From: Vicugna vicugna
Lineage: Eukaryota
Length of the DNA: 64,000 nucleotides
Reading direction: 5' to 3'
NCBI GenBank assembly: GCA_013265495.1
Contig: MU058423.1
Location: 5,314,745-5,378,744 of the forward strand
Shown: in pieces, positions 12,294-25,517 of the stretch
Layout of the letters: every line of letters starts with the position of its first letter
Position numbering within the stretch: the stretch's first letter is position 1
The notes under the pieces: generated by a model
Told to the model about the DNA's origin: nothing
The model's database searches: none
What the model saw: only the letters and a program-made list of their open reading frames with translations
Made by a program: the position numbers and the translations under genes

Positions 12294-14659
12294 TTTTTTT
12301 TTTTAATTGAAGTATAGTCAGTTACAATGTGTCAATTTCTGGTGTATAGCACAATGTCCTAGTCAAGCATATACATACATATATTCATCTTCATATTCTT
12401 TTTCATTTAAGATTACTACAAGATATTGAATACAGTTCCCTGTGCTATACAGAAGAAATTTGATTTTTATCTATTTTTGTATACAGTGGTTAACATCTGC
12501 AAATCTCAAACTCCCAAATTTATTTCTTCCCACCCCCTTTCCCCCAGTAACTGCAAGACTTTACTGTGTCCGTTTCTGTTTCATAGATGAGTTCATTTAT
12601 TAGTGTCCTCTTTTTTTTTTTTTTCAGATTCTACATATGAGTGATATCACATGGTATTTTTCTTTCTCTTTCTGGCTTATTTGGTTTACTTCACTTAGAA
12701 TGGTGATCTCCAGTTCCATCCATGTTGCTGCAAATGGCATTTTATTATTTTTTATTGCTGAATAGTATTCCAGTATATAAATATACCACAACTTCTTTAT
12801 TCAGTCATCTGTCGATGGACATTTAGGTTGCTTCCATGTCATAGCTATTATATATAGGGCTGTTAGGAACATTCAGGTACACATGTCTTTTCAAATTAGG
12901 GTTCCCTCCAGATATATGCCCAGGAGAGGGATTGCTAGATCATATGGTAAGTCTGTTTTTTGAGGAATCTCCATACCGTTTTCCATAGTGGTTGCACCAA
13001 ACTACGTTCCCACCAACAGTGTTAGAGGGTTCCCTTTTCTCCACAGCCTCTCCATCATTTACCATTTGTGGACTTTTTAATGATAGTCATTCTGACTGGT
13101 GTGAAGTGATACACAACCTATTGTTTCGATTTGCATTTCTCTGATAATTAGTGATACTGAGTAGTTTTTCGTATGACTATTGGCCATTTGTATGTCTTCA
13201 TAGGAGAATTGCTTATTTAGGTCTTCTGCCCGTTTTTGGATTGGGTTTTTTTGTTTGTTTGTTTTTGTTATTAAGTTGTATGTTGTTGTATTCTGGAAAT
13301 TAAGCCTTTGTCAGTGACATCATTTGCAAATATTTTCTCCCATTCCATAGTTGTCTTTGTTTTGCTTATGGTTTCCTTTGCTGTGCAAAAGGTTAAAAGT
13401 TTAATTAGGTCCCATTTGTTTATTTTTGCTTTTATTTCTATTGCCTTGGTAGACTGCCCTAGGAGAACATTGCTAAGATTTATGTCAGAGAATGTTTTGC
13501 CTATGTATATTGTCTTACGTTTAAGTCTTTAAGCTATTTTGAGTTTATTTTTGTGTATGGTGTGAGGGAGTGTTCTAACTTCATTGATTTACATGTGGCT
13601 TTCCTATTTTCCCAACACCACTTGCTGAAGAGACTGTCTTTTCTCCATTGTATATTCCTGCCTCCTTTGTTGAAGATTAATTGACCATAGGTCTATGGGT
13701 TTATTTCTGGGTTCTCTGTCTGTTTCAATGATCCATATGTCTGTTTTTGTGCCAATACCAGGCTGTTTTGATTACTGAAGCTCTGTAGTATTGTCTGAAG
13801 TCTGGGAGGGTTAGTCCTCCAGCTTTGTTCTTTTTCTTCAGTATTGCTTTGGCAGTTCTGGGTCTCTTGTGATTTCATATAAATTTTAGGATTATTCTAG
13901 TTCTTTGAAAAATGTCATGGATAATTTGATAGAGATCACATTAAATCTGTAGATTGCCTTGGGCACTGTGGCCATCTTAATGATATTGATTCTTCCAATC
14001 CAAGAGCATGGGATATCTTTCCATATCTTTAAGTCATCTTTAATTTCCTTTATCAGTGATTTGTAGTTCTCCATGTATGTCTTTCACCTCCTTGGTCAGA
14101 TTTATTCCTAAGTATTTTATTGTTTTGGATGTAATTTTAAAAGGGTTTTTTTTTTTTACTCTATTTTTGTGATATTTCATTGTTAGTGGAAAGAAATGCA
14201 GCTCATCTCTGTATGTTAATCTTGTATCCTACTGCCTTGCTTAATTCTTGTTTCAGCTCTAGTAGTTTTTGTGAGGAGCTTTTAGGATTTTCTATATATA
14301 GTATCATGCCATCTGCACTTAGTGACAATTTTATCTCGTCTCTTCCAGTTTGGATCCCTTTTATTTCTTTTTCTTGCCTGATTGCTGTGGCTAAGACTTC
14401 CAAGACAATGTTGAATAAAAGTGGCAAAAGTGGGCATCCTTGTCTTGTTCCAGATTTTAGTGGGAAGGCTTTCAGTTTTTCACCATTGAGTATCATGTTG
14501 GCTGTGCGTTTGTCATAAATATCTTCTATTATGTTGAGGTATGTTCCCTCTATGCCCCACTTTGGTAAGTTTTTATCATAAATTGGTGTTGAATTTTACC
14601 AAATGCTTTTTCTGCATTTATTAAGATGATCATGTGATTTTTGTCCTTTCTTTTGTTGA
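12294..14659 (-). mobile_element. Young 5'-truncated LINE-1 (ORF2 RT/C-terminal part plus 3' UTR), frameshifted
   Basis: ORF2p peptides [35 protein letters not shown] and [17 protein letters not shown]. Poly-T at the left end. Probable TSD CAAAAGATCTT (12283-12293) / CAAAATATCTT (14660-14670). The RT FADD motif reads SADG. Confidence 0.97.
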
Positions 14660-15032
14660 CAAAATATCTTGATCTAAAGCCCATATGTATATTTTAGGAA
14701 GGGCTGCTATTTCATGCGTGCTCTGTCTCAGCCCGGGGAGTAATACCTGCTCTTTCACCTGTTATCCCAGTAGTTAGTGAGCTTACTAAAGATTTGGGAG
14801 TAAATATGTTAGCTTGTATAGCTAGATGCGACTGTCAGTTGATTTGGTTGGTTGACTGAGACTTAGACTCAGAAATAGACTACAGCTGATAAGGCTGAAT
14901 TGCTGGAGCAGTTTGGCATGATTTGGAGAAGCAAATTCAGAAGCTTTAGGAGGTAGGATAGTCAGACTGGATTTGTCACCTAATATTCTTTTGTGGATGT
15001 GTAGTTTTTACTAGAACAAAGCAACATGACCA

Positions 15033-15542
15033 TTATTTTAGTTTACTTGTTCTGCTTTAACAAATTACCAAAAACTCAGTGACAAAAAACCAATATAAAG
15101 TTATCATCTTATAATTCTTGGGATCAGAAGTTCAGAATCAGTCTTGGTGAGCTTAAATCAAAGTATCTGTAGGCCATGTTCTTTCTGGAGGCTCTAGCAG
15201 AAAATCTGTTCCTTTTCTTATCCAGCTTCTAGAGGTCATATATATTCCTTGGTTTGTAGCCTCTTTTTCCATCTTAAAAGCCATTGTGTTGCATCTTTTT
15301 TCCCAATTAAACTCTGCTTCTGTCATCCCATCTTCTTCCTCTGTCCCTGATCCTTCTTTCAACTTCTTATAAGGACCCTTGTGATTGCACTGGGCCCACG
15401 TGGATAATCAGGATAATCTTCCCATCTCAAGATCCTTAACTTAATCATACCTACAATGTCCCTATTGCCATGTAAAGTAGTTTCATAGGTTTCAGTGTTA
15501 AGACTCGGGGATCTTTGAGGGACTGTTATTCAGCTTACCACA
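15033..15542 (-). mobile_element. MaLR LTR (MLT1-type)
   Basis: AACAAATTACCAAAAACTCAGTG...ATAAGGACCCTTGTGATTGCACTGGGCCCAC...TTATTCAGCTTACCACA, typical antisense MLT1. Confidence 0.85.
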
Positions 15543-15551
15543 ACATCTGAC

Positions 15552-15800
15552 ACTTGGCATACAGCTTTTGACCTGACTAATCCCTTTTTCTTTGTACCAA
15601 TTTGCAAGGATCACCAGAAGCAGTTTGCTTTTATCTGGTGGGGCCAACAGTGTAGTTCTGGGATATTGTTTCAGAGCTATATTAATTCTTCTCCTTGCTG
15701 TAATGTAGTCTACAGATCTTGATCATCTTGATCATCACTGCAAAACATGTAAGTAGTCTATTACCCTAATAACATTCTGCTGATTGGATCTGATGAGCAA
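15552..15800 (+). pseudogene. ERV-L reverse transcriptase remnant
   Basis: Hand translation TWHTAFDLTNPFFFVPICKDHQKQFAFIWWGQQ...FQSYINS matches ERV-L RT (WYAAIDLANAFFSIP..HQKQFAFSWQGQQ..LPQGYINS). The catalytic YIDD position reads YPNN after a stop. Confidence 0.88.
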
Positions 15801-16585
15801 AAGTAGCAAGTACAGTTTGCATAGGAGAAGAGAGAAGGTATACCCCAAAATTTCATGAGACTGACTCCTCAATATAGTTTTTGGTGTTTCAATTGTCTGA
15901 AACATGTCAAGATATCCTCTCTAAAGGGAACAAGAAGTTGCTGTACCTCTCATCATCTACTCTGAGAAAAGAGGCACAGTGTTTGTAGCCCATTTTGGAT
16001 TTTTGAGGCAATATATACACATTTCAGTGTGTTACTTTGACTTATCTGTAAAGTTACTTGTAAGGTTTCTTGTTACGAATGGGTACCAGAAGAGAAGACA
16101 CCAGAGCATATTCAGGCTTCAGTGTAAGTAAGTCATTCTAACATTTGGGCCTTATAATTTAACAAATCTAATAATACGTACAATGTACATGACATGCAGG
16201 CATGCTATATGGCACCTTGAAGGCCGGAATAGGAAAATTTCAGAGAAGACCACCAGGATTTTGAGCAAAATCTGCGCCATCTTTGGTAGATGACTAGTCT
16301 CTTTTTGCAAATTAGCAGATTCTGACTTGCTGCTAGATCATGGTAGAGAATAAAAGTCTACCATTGAACCTCAGGTGACCGAGACACCCATACCACTTCA
16401 CACAGCATTGAGTATGATCAAGGAACTCATTTCAGAGCAAAAGAAGTACAGCAATCAGCTCATATTCTGGTTATTAATTGATTTTACCATATACTCCGTC
16501 AACTGAAGAAGTTGGCCTAATTGAATGGTAGAATGGCATCTTGAAGTCTCATTTCGGCAATAGTTGGGAGCGAACCACCTAGAAG

Positions 16586-17119
16586 TGTTGCCGGAGAATA
16601 GGTTCTTTTCTCGCACAGGAAAGAATCCAGGATCAAGGCATGGTAAAGTGAAAGGAAGTTTATTCAGGGAGATACACACTCCATAGACAGAGTACAGGCT
16701 ATATCCAAGGGTGAGAGGGAGAGAGACCAAGAGGTGTAGGAGTGTTTAGTTTAAAGTAAAAGTTGATACATACTCCGTAGACAGAGTGCAGGCCATCTCA
16801 GAAGGTAAGAGAGAGAGTGACCACAGGGCGCAGAGTTGTTAGTTTTTATGGGCTCTGTAATTTCATATGCTAATGAGAAGGAGGATTATTCCAGTTATTT
16901 TGGGAAAGGGGTGTGGGTTTATAGGAATTGGGCCATACCCACTTTTTGACCTTTTAAGATCAACCTAGGAACTGTCATGGTGCCTGTGGGAGTGCCATGA
17001 GGCTCAAGATCTACTAGAAGTCGAGTCTTCTGCCATCTCATTTGTAACCAGTTTGTCCTTTCCTCAGTTGCTCTGTCATTCCTTCAGTGATTGTGTCTGC
17101 CTCCTTTCCTCCTGTCTCA
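16586..17119 (-). mobile_element. Lineage-specific solo LTR (ERV1-like)
   Basis: TG...CA termini, antisense polyA signal TTTATT near 16659, internal diverged direct repeat of about 80 bp, interrupts ERV-L pol. Confidence 0.8.
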
Positions 17120-17129
17120 AAAGGATGAT

Positions 17130-17720
17130 ATTTTGTTTATAGGATGCAATATATGGTTTTAATTAGAATTCCTTATATAATGCTGTCTCTCCTGTAGCAA
17201 GAATCCCTAGGTCTGAGAAGCAAGATGTGAAAGTAGGAGTGGCTCCTGTCATTTTATACCTGGTGACCCAATTAGAGCATATTTGTTTCTTATCTGGTAA
17301 CATTGACCTTTATTTCTTTGGAAATATTAATTCACAAGGTGGGAAGATTCCAGCCAGGGCACACAACAATGGTTCTAACTAAATTGAAAGATGAGAATCC
17401 CTCCTAGATATCTGGGGATCCTTATGCAACTAGGCTAACAGGAAAAGAAAAAGGAAGGGGGATTAAACTGCTTGCTGCTCTAATCGACCCTGACTGCTAA
17501 GCAAAAATGTGTTGCTTCTAAACAATTAAGACAAGGTAGACTATATATCTGGATCTCGGAGGATTCTCTAGGGGTACTTTCTGGTATATTCATGTCCAAT
17601 AGTAAAGGTTAGTGAAAAACTACAGCAATTTAAAAAGTCGGAACAATGAGGGCTCAGACCTTTGTAAAATGAAGGTTTAGATCCCTACAACAGGTAAAGA
17701 ACCTTGATAGCAGAAGTTCT
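17130..17720 (+). pseudogene. ERV-L integrase C-terminus and dUTPase remnant
   Basis: Fragmentary translations DAIYGFN..LYNAVSPVARIPRSEKQDVKVGVAP and LLAALIDPD resemble ERV-L IN and the post-pol dUTPase. Multiple stops and frameshifts. Confidence 0.7.
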
Positions 17721-19272
17721 GTTTGACGACAAGGGAAATACTGAAAGAGCAGTTGAAGAAGGAAGACAAAGATCTCATTTATGACCTCACAAACAATTAT
17801 GGAAATGAAGACTATAATAGATTTGCATATTTTTGTATATGTATGTATTTATTTATATATATTAGCCACGGTGTTCTCTCTTCTTCCCTTTTTTATTTTA
17901 TGTATAGCAGCCAAGTGTCTCCATTAGAAACTCCCCCATAAGGAACTTTCCCCACCACCCTGTAGGACAGGTTTCTGGCAAGTTCCAGAGGATGGATTTC
18001 CAGGGAATTCCAGCAGTGCAATCTAACAGAGACTGCTGCACCATTCAGTAAGCCACAGTTTTGCCATCTCCATCACATTCTGGATCTTTGAACTGTAGGT
18101 AGGGGATCGTCCCTATCTTGACCCTATGGAAAATGACTGTTTCTATATCTACTAGAAAATTCTTTAGAGTTACATTTACTGCTTACCAGCCAATTTATCA
18201 TTACACCAACTCCTATTGTAGTTTGTCACTCTTTGAACAATTCTTTTCAAATTATTGCATGATTTCTCTCTCTGGATTGGTCACAAATTTATGCATATGA
18301 AAGGTTACACTGATTGATTCTTCTAATGTTAAATTAACTTTGCATTCCTGGTATTAACCCCACTTGCTCATGATACAGTATTCTTTTAAGTATTGTTGGA
18401 TTAACTTGGGTAAACTTTTGTTGCAAATTTTGCATTCACGTTTATGTGAAATATTAGTGTGAAGTTTTAATTACTTATAATATCTTAAGTTTTGGTATCA
18501 GGGTAGTATTGGCCTCATGGAATAAATTAGAAATATAATTTACTTAAACTTTCTGAAGAGTTTGCATAGAATTGATATTTCTTCTTCAAATGTTTGATAA
18601 AATTCACCAATGAAGTCACTTGGGTTTGAGCTTTTCTGTGTCATAGAATTTTTAATTATAAATCCAGTGTCTTTCATAGATATAGTGCCATTCAGATAAG
18701 TATTTCCTGAATAGCTTTGGTAGTTTGTGTCTTTCAAGGATTTTTTTCCCATTTCATTTATGTCTTATTTACTGTCAAAAATTGTTCAATATTTCCTTAT
18801 TTTTCTTTTAGTATATATAAAAACTAATGATGTCACCAGTCTTATTCCCAATACTGATCAATGTGTATTTTCTCTCTTTATTTCCTTTATCAGTCACTCT
18901 AGAGTGTTACCAACTTTGAATTTTGTTGATTTTCACAAAGAATCAGCTTCCCCCCCCAACAAAGAACTATTGATTTTCTTTTTCTTTTTTTTTTTTAATC
19001 TCATTGTTTTCCGTGCTGACCTTTAGTGTTTGTGTTTTTTCATATTTATTTTTGGCTTAGTTTGCTTTTCTTTTTCTACTTTTATTAGATAAAAGCTGAG
19101 ATCACAAGTTTAAGGTCTATCTTCGTTTCTAAGATAGGGATTTAGTGGTATAAATTTCTCTCCAAACACCCCTTTAACAGTATTCCACAGAATTTCATAC
19201 GTTGTGATCTTATTTAAATTTACGTGAAAGATACTTTCTAATTCCTTACTTGCTTTCTTCTTTGAACCACAG

Positions 19273-19732
19273 TGTTGGAGGAGGTGAGGCCATCAAAAAG
19301 GCGTAGCTCCCAGTTGACCCTCAAGCTGAGCTTGAGCAGTTGGAGGCTCCCATCCCTCCCCTGTCCTTGGAATGTGCATTCGCTTGCCTCCTCTGCTCCC
19401 AGAAGCTACTTCAAGGACACAGCCTTGGAACTGAAATGCGGTGTTGAGGCTTTCTGGACAGGTATGTGACTGAACCAATTTAAGGTGTTCTGTGTACATG
19501 AATGAACATAGTGAAGGACTCTGTATAAACTTTTAAGATGCTAGCAGGTGGGTGCAGGAATCTACTCATCTTGCAGCCACACAAGATGAGCCTTGTAAGG
19601 TTTCTTTGCTTATTAAAATTGCCACTACCAATCTGAAGTGGCCTGCCTCTCTCTGGTCTCTCCTGCCCTCTGTGTACCGGGGATGGTTTCAGAATACACT
19701 CAGGAAACTCCCAAAGAGGTTATGAGGCAACA
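19273..19732 (+). mobile_element. Solo LTR (ERV1-like)
   Basis: TGTTG...CAACA inverted termini, TATA-like GTATAAA near 19523, ATTAAA near 19612, GC-richer than the flanking L1. Confidence 0.75.
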
Positions 19733-20527
19733 CAAGTGTTGTTTGTTATCTAATTTCCAAACATTGGGGGACTTTCCAGAGATCTTTCTGTTGTTGATTT
19801 CTAAGTTAACTCTATTGTCTTCATGGGACATACATCATATGATTTGAGTCTTCTAAATTAATTGAAACTTCTATATTGCCTAGAATATGATATATAATCT
19901 TCATAAATATTTCATATGAACTTGAAAAATGTATGTATTCTGTTTTGTTGGGTGGAGTGTGCTGTAAGTATCAACCGAGTCAAGTAGTTTTAAGTTAAAT
20001 TATTTGTGTCTCTTACATCATTAATTATTTCTCCCTAGTTATTGTATTAATTTGTGAGAGAGACTGCAACTGTGAATTTTCCCACTTTTTCATGTGTTTT
20101 GAAGCTCTGCTACATTATATGCATAGATATCCAGGATGGCTAAGATTTCTTGAGATTCTATACCTCTGTCTTCATCTATCACTATGATGTTACCATTTTA
20201 ATTCCTGATAGTGTTATTTACTCTGAAAAATATCTTGTCTGCTGTTACTGTAGCTCCTCCAGCTTTCTTTTGATTTGTGTCATCCTGGTATATCGTTTCC
20301 ATCCTTTTACTTTCAACTTACATGTACCTCTGTAATGAAAGTGGGTTTTTTGAAGATAGTGTATAATCGGATCTTGCTGGTTTATCCACTCTGACAATCT
20401 CTGCCTTTTAAATCGGGGTGTCTATTCTGTTCTCAATTTAATGTGATGATTAATATGGTTCACTTTAGATCTGTTACCTTGCCATTTATTTTCTACTTGT
20501 TACATCTTACATCTGTTCTTTGTTCCC

Positions 20528-21003
20528 TGTGATGGTTAAATTTTCTGTGTAAACTTGGCTAGGCTATGGTGCCCAGTTAGTTATTTGGTAAAACACAAGT
20601 CTAGATGTTGTGGTGAAGGCAGTTTTTAGATGTGATTAACACTGAAGTTAGTAGACTTTATGTAAAGATGATCACCCTCCATAATGTGGGTGGGCCTCAC
20701 CTAATTGGTGAAGTCCTTAAGAGAAAAGACTGTAGTCACCAGAAAAGTAAGAAATTTTTCCTTCAGATTCCTTCAGACTCAAGATTGCAACCTATACTGG
20801 GGCCAGAATTCCCAGCCCACTGCGACCTGCTCTACAGACTTCATACTAGCCAGGCCTCAGAGTCACGGTAGCCAAAGCCCTAGCATAAATCTCTCTCTCC
20901 TTAATCTGAAAGAAATACATTTATCTTATCCTTTAGATTATTTATTTATGTATATATATATATGGCGTCTGAGTTCTGTTTCTCTGGAGAACCCTGCCAT
21001 ACA
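20528..21003 (+). mobile_element. MLT2 (ERV-L) solo LTR
   Basis: TGTGATGGTTAAATTTTCTGTGTAAACTTGGCTAGGCTA ... TTCTGTTTCTCTGGAGAACCCTGCCATACA, canonical MLT2 ends. Confidence 0.92.
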
Positions 21004-24000
21004 TTACTTCTTTTAATTTTTTGCCTTTATGTGGATGTTTTCATAATTCAAATTTTATAAAATGTTAGTGTTTGCTTTAGAGTTTAGTGATACATCTTTA
21101 ACTTATCATAGTCCACCTGCAACTGATGATACATATATCACTTGGTATTTGGTATAAGACCCTTATGAGAGTATAATTCCAGTTCTCACTTGTTGGCCTT
21201 TGTATTATTTTTTCCTACCTTTTATTTATACATAGATTATAAACCCCATACAATATTGGTATTATTTTTGTGGAAACCTTCAATAATCTTTAATTAAATT
21301 AATTTACTGTAAGGATGTTTTGCATGTACCACATAGCTACCATTTGGGGAGCTCTCCATTCTGTTATGTAGATCCACATTTCTGTCTGGTATCCTTTTCT
21401 TGCTATTTGAAGAATTTCCTTTAATACTTATTGTACTGCAGATCTGCTGGTGAAGAAGTAGTTCACCTTTTTTTGTCTGGAAAATGCTTTATTTCATGTT
21501 AAGTTTTGAAAGATATTTTTACTGAATTCTAGGTTCTACAAATTCTAGGTTGACAGGTCCTTTTATTTTTTTCCTTTTTAGTACTTAAGTATGTAGTTCT
21601 ACTCTCTTTATTTCTCCAACAAGAGAAAATCTGCCATCCTTATTTTATTCCTCCCTGCCTGCTTTAGAATGCTTCTCTTTATTATTTGTTTGAACAACTG
21701 TATTTGCTGTGTTTTGGTACTGTTTTATTCATTTGAAAATTTTAGACATTACATCTTCAGATGTTTTTTGTCCACCGCCTTTTCCTCTGGGGCTGCTGAT
21801 TACAGGTATATTAGTTCTCTTGATATTGTTCTAAAGTTTATTGATGAACTGATCATTTTTAAATGATTGTTTTCTTTGTATTTTACTTTGGATAGTTTCT
21901 ATTGCTATGTCTTAAGTCTCACAAATCATGTTTTTGCAGTGTGATGATGTAATCTGATATTAATCTCATGCAATACATTTATTATTTCAGATATCATAGG
22001 TCTCCTTAAAAGTTCTTTTTTTTTTATTTTTTACATCCCATGCCTCAACAAATGCTACCTATCACCTAGCTTTTCTCCCATTCCCCAGAGAATAAGTTCA
22101 TTAAAAATGATTTTAATATCCTTTTATATTGAAACATCTCTGACAATTATGGTTAAGTTTTAGTCTTTTCCTCCCTGATTATGGGTTATAATTTTCTAGT
22201 TCTTTGCATGTCTTATGATACTTGATTGGTTGCCAGACAGTGTGAATTTTACCTTGTTGGGTGCTAGGTATTTCTGTATTCCTAAAAATATTCTTGAGCT
22301 TCCTTATGAGGCATAGTTAGGTTGCTTTGAAATGATTTGATCCTTTTTAGGTTTCCTTTTTAAGATTTGACAGGGAAGACTAGAGCAGCATTTAGACTTG
22401 GGTAATTATTCCTATTACTAAGGCAAGATTCTTTGTAGTAGTCTACCCAGTTCCCTGGGGAATGACATTTCCAGTCTGTCTAGCAAGAAATGCACTATTG
22501 TTAGTCCTGTATGAGCAATGGGTACTATTCCCATAGCCTGGAAATTCTTCCAGTACAGTAAATTGGGGCAGTCATAGAATTCAGCTCATTTATTTCCCAT
22601 CATTCAAGAATCACTATTCTTTGTTCTCTAATGTCCAGTCTCCCAAAAACCATTGTTTCATGTATCTTGTCTTTTTTCTTAGTTTTTTAAAGCAAAAAGG
22701 GAAATCTAGTCCCTGTTACTCCATCTTGATTGGTAAAAAGACAACTCATTTCCAAAATAAATTTTCTGTTTCCCCAAAAACATGTGTGTGAACAAAAATT
22801 ACCCTAGTTCCAGTGTGAAATACACATAGCAACATTATTAAATATACTAGAATCACTGATTATTCAACTGTAAACTGAAGTAGGAGGTCATCTCCCATTA
22901 ACCACTTTGAGTTAGCTGTTCCCTTCTTTGTGACCCACTAGACTGCTGCAGAGTTCTGTAATAGAACTTAGTTCTCTTAAGTTTATTCTCCACACATGAG
23001 TTCAGTGATGTTAAGGGTGATACCTTTCCTTTGTAGTTTTAGCAATTAGCACATAATAGATTTATACAAATACTTGTAAAATTAATTTTTTAAAAATTAC
23101 TAAAATATAAGAATAGATGCCGAAGCAATGTTTATTAAATAAATCCAACATTTTGGAATCAGACCTAAATCTTATAAAGGATGATACATAATTTTAATTT
23201 TTGCCCTAGCTTTTCAATTTATGATATAATTTTTATTTGCCTTTCTAGCCATTCAGTGACTTGAATAATTGTGAACACTTATATGTACAGTGATAAGGAG
23301 AAAAAAAATAAAACCACAAACTACTTTTTCCAGATAAGTTAGGTGTGCCAAGCAGATCCAAATCAATTTTCTAAAAAGCTCAAATAAATAAATATGATCA
23401 AGTTAGATTTGCATGGTCAAAATCCAGCTGTTATCAGTTTGATGGAAATTTTTTAAGGCACGCTTTTCTCTTAAGTATTTGCAGAGGAACCAACAGTACA
23501 TAAATTTGGCTGAAGTGAGTGGCCTAGAAATACATAACTAGGTAACTTTGCTACATCTAATTAAAAAAAAATCTTAACTTTTAATCAGAATTCTACCTGA
23601 ATGACGATAAATTCTCAGATTTTTTTGGTAGTTCTTCATTATATTATGTATCAACAGGGTCTTTAAGGAACATGTTATAATATTTATTTTTAAAAAGGTA
23701 ATGATGCTTTAAGATTATTATATTCTAATCAGTTTGAATATGTGATAGCTAAAAGTAACTTTTTAAAAAAGCATCTGAAAGAATATTAACTTGAAAACTT
23801 AATATTAATTCCAAGTTTCAAACAAAATTTTATAATAACTTATGTGAATTATTATTGTCTTTTTTAAATTGCTAATAAAACATTTAGAGAAAAAAGAAAT
23901 ATGGGTCTAAAATAAAAATTTGCTGTAGATAAGGAAAGTGATTATTTATTTATACCTTCAATATAAATGAATTATATATGATTTAATTTATATAGTAATA

Positions 24001-24538
24001 AGCATAAAATATGCAACTGAAGAGATAAATCATTTAAATAAAATTAATGCTTGCTTAATATTGTAGTTATTTTATGCTGCTATACCTTATATTGTGATAC
24101 AAATTTAATTAGATTATGATTACAATGGGGATAATACCATTTTATGCAATAAATGCCATTAGTACTAATAGCTGATAATTGATTCCATAATTAGAAACAC
24201 TTTTAGGTATTATTCAAATTTCTGTAATTTCTATGCATATTTATAATGTTAAAACAACAGCAACTTTACAAAAGAATAGCCTTTCTTTAGCAGTGATAGC
24301 TATTTTTTGTTTAGTTTAAATTTCATTTTTTAACTCAAATTACCTATCAGAAAATTGCTAATTTTAATTTGAATAAATAAAACAATTGATATGTACTCAT
24401 ATTTTTGTAAATAATCATTAAGGAAATTCTTCAAACCAAATGGATCTCAAATCAATATATAAGCTCTCTTCATATTAACAAGTATATAGGTGTTGAAAAT
24501 GGTAGAAATAAATTAGGTTTTAACTCAAAAAATAGAAT

Positions 24539-24607
24539 GAATGTAAGTGTATAATTGAATCACTATGCTTTACACCAGAAATTAACACATAAACTGTACT
24601 TTAATTG
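24539..24607 (+). mobile_element. About 69-bp L1 3' stub with TSD
   Basis: TGAATCACTATGCTTTACACCAGAAATTAACACA flanked by direct repeat AAAAAATAGAAT (24527-24538, 24608-24619). Confidence 0.8.
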
Positions 24608-24753
24608 AAAAAATAGAATAATACTGTTAAATTCATGAAAATATTATAGTAACTACTAGAATGAGAAGTGCGAATTTGTGATACACAAATTCATTTAGAA
24701 ATAAAGATCTTTCAGTGCTTTTGAAGCCAATATACAGAGGATGCTGATCTAGA

Positions 24754-24967
24754 AGAGACTTGCAAAATAAAGCCCATGGGGCCAAATCCAACCAGCTGCC
24801 TATTTTCATATATAAACTTTTATTGGAACAAGCCTTGCTCATTCATTTGAGACCAATTGTGTTGTCTACAGCTGACTTCATACTATGACAGTAAATTATC
24901 AAATGGTCTTCAAAGCCTAAAATATTTTCTTTCTGCCACTTTACAGAGGTAATTTGCTAATCTCTCA
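24754..24967 (+). mobile_element. MER58A-like hAT-Charlie MITE
   Basis: GGGCCAAATCCAACCAGCTGCC..TTTTATTGGAACA..CAAAGCCTAAAATATTT..CTTTACAGA matches the recalled MER58A consensus. Confidence 0.8.
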
Positions 24968-25517
24968 CCTACAGCAATCTTTGGCTAAATAATTCACTTG
25001 GCAACTCCCAAGCTGATTAATACTTATTTCATTTTTTTCATGTGTGTAACCAGTTCTCATTGTGACTTTATTGTCTGGGTTTTCTAGTTTGTAACTGAGT
25101 AGCCCAGTGTGGAGGCATTTGTATTTCCCTATATCTGTGAAAATCAGCAGGGTTGTATACCCGACTAGGTCCTTTTAAAGCTGAGTAATGGTAGGTGTGC
25201 TAAGTAGACAGACACAAATAAAATCCTTGGTGGGTGATTTGTGGCTTTCCTAAGAATGCAATTCATGAGAACTGAAAAAAATCCAATAACACAGTGGTGG
25301 AGTATTTCAGTAGGATTGGCAGTATACATAAGAAAGGCATATTGTTTTCTTTGACATATCTGTTTTGTTTTCTTAATAGTTTTACCGAGAAAATAATGAA
25401 AATTAAAACACTTAATTGCTCATTTTTATTTGACTTATAAAAATACAGGAAGTCTGAGAAATTTATTTTTTAAAAAACACATTGATCAAAATAAGCAACA
25501 TTTTGCTATAGTAATAT

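Larger units (their letters stand above)
11862..18290 (+). mobile_element. Decayed ERV-L provirus with LTR41/LTR52-like LTRs, interrupted by L1, MLT1 and an ERV1 LTR
   Basis: The 5' LTR (11862-12293 plus 14660-14775) starts TGTGCCAGTTATTGATTTATTGTCTCTCAGCT. The 3' LTR remnant (about 17905-18290) shares TTTCTGGCAAGTTC. Pol remnants lie between them. Confidence 0.7.
18295..22735 (-). mobile_element. Ancient L1M element (5' end, ORF1 and ORF2 remnants) with two LTR insertions
   Basis: ORF 18540-18752 QKSSNPSDFIGEFYQTFEEEISILCKLFRK matches L1 ORF2p KSPGPDGFTGEFYQTFKEE. The right end in reverse reads CAAGATGGAGTAACAGGGACTAG, like an L1M 5' end. Confidence 0.8.

Noticed and set aside
13308..14518. 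Hydrophobic + strand ORFs resembling membrane proteins (also 38045-40556 on the minus strand)
   Set aside because: They are antisense translations of A-rich L1 ORF2.
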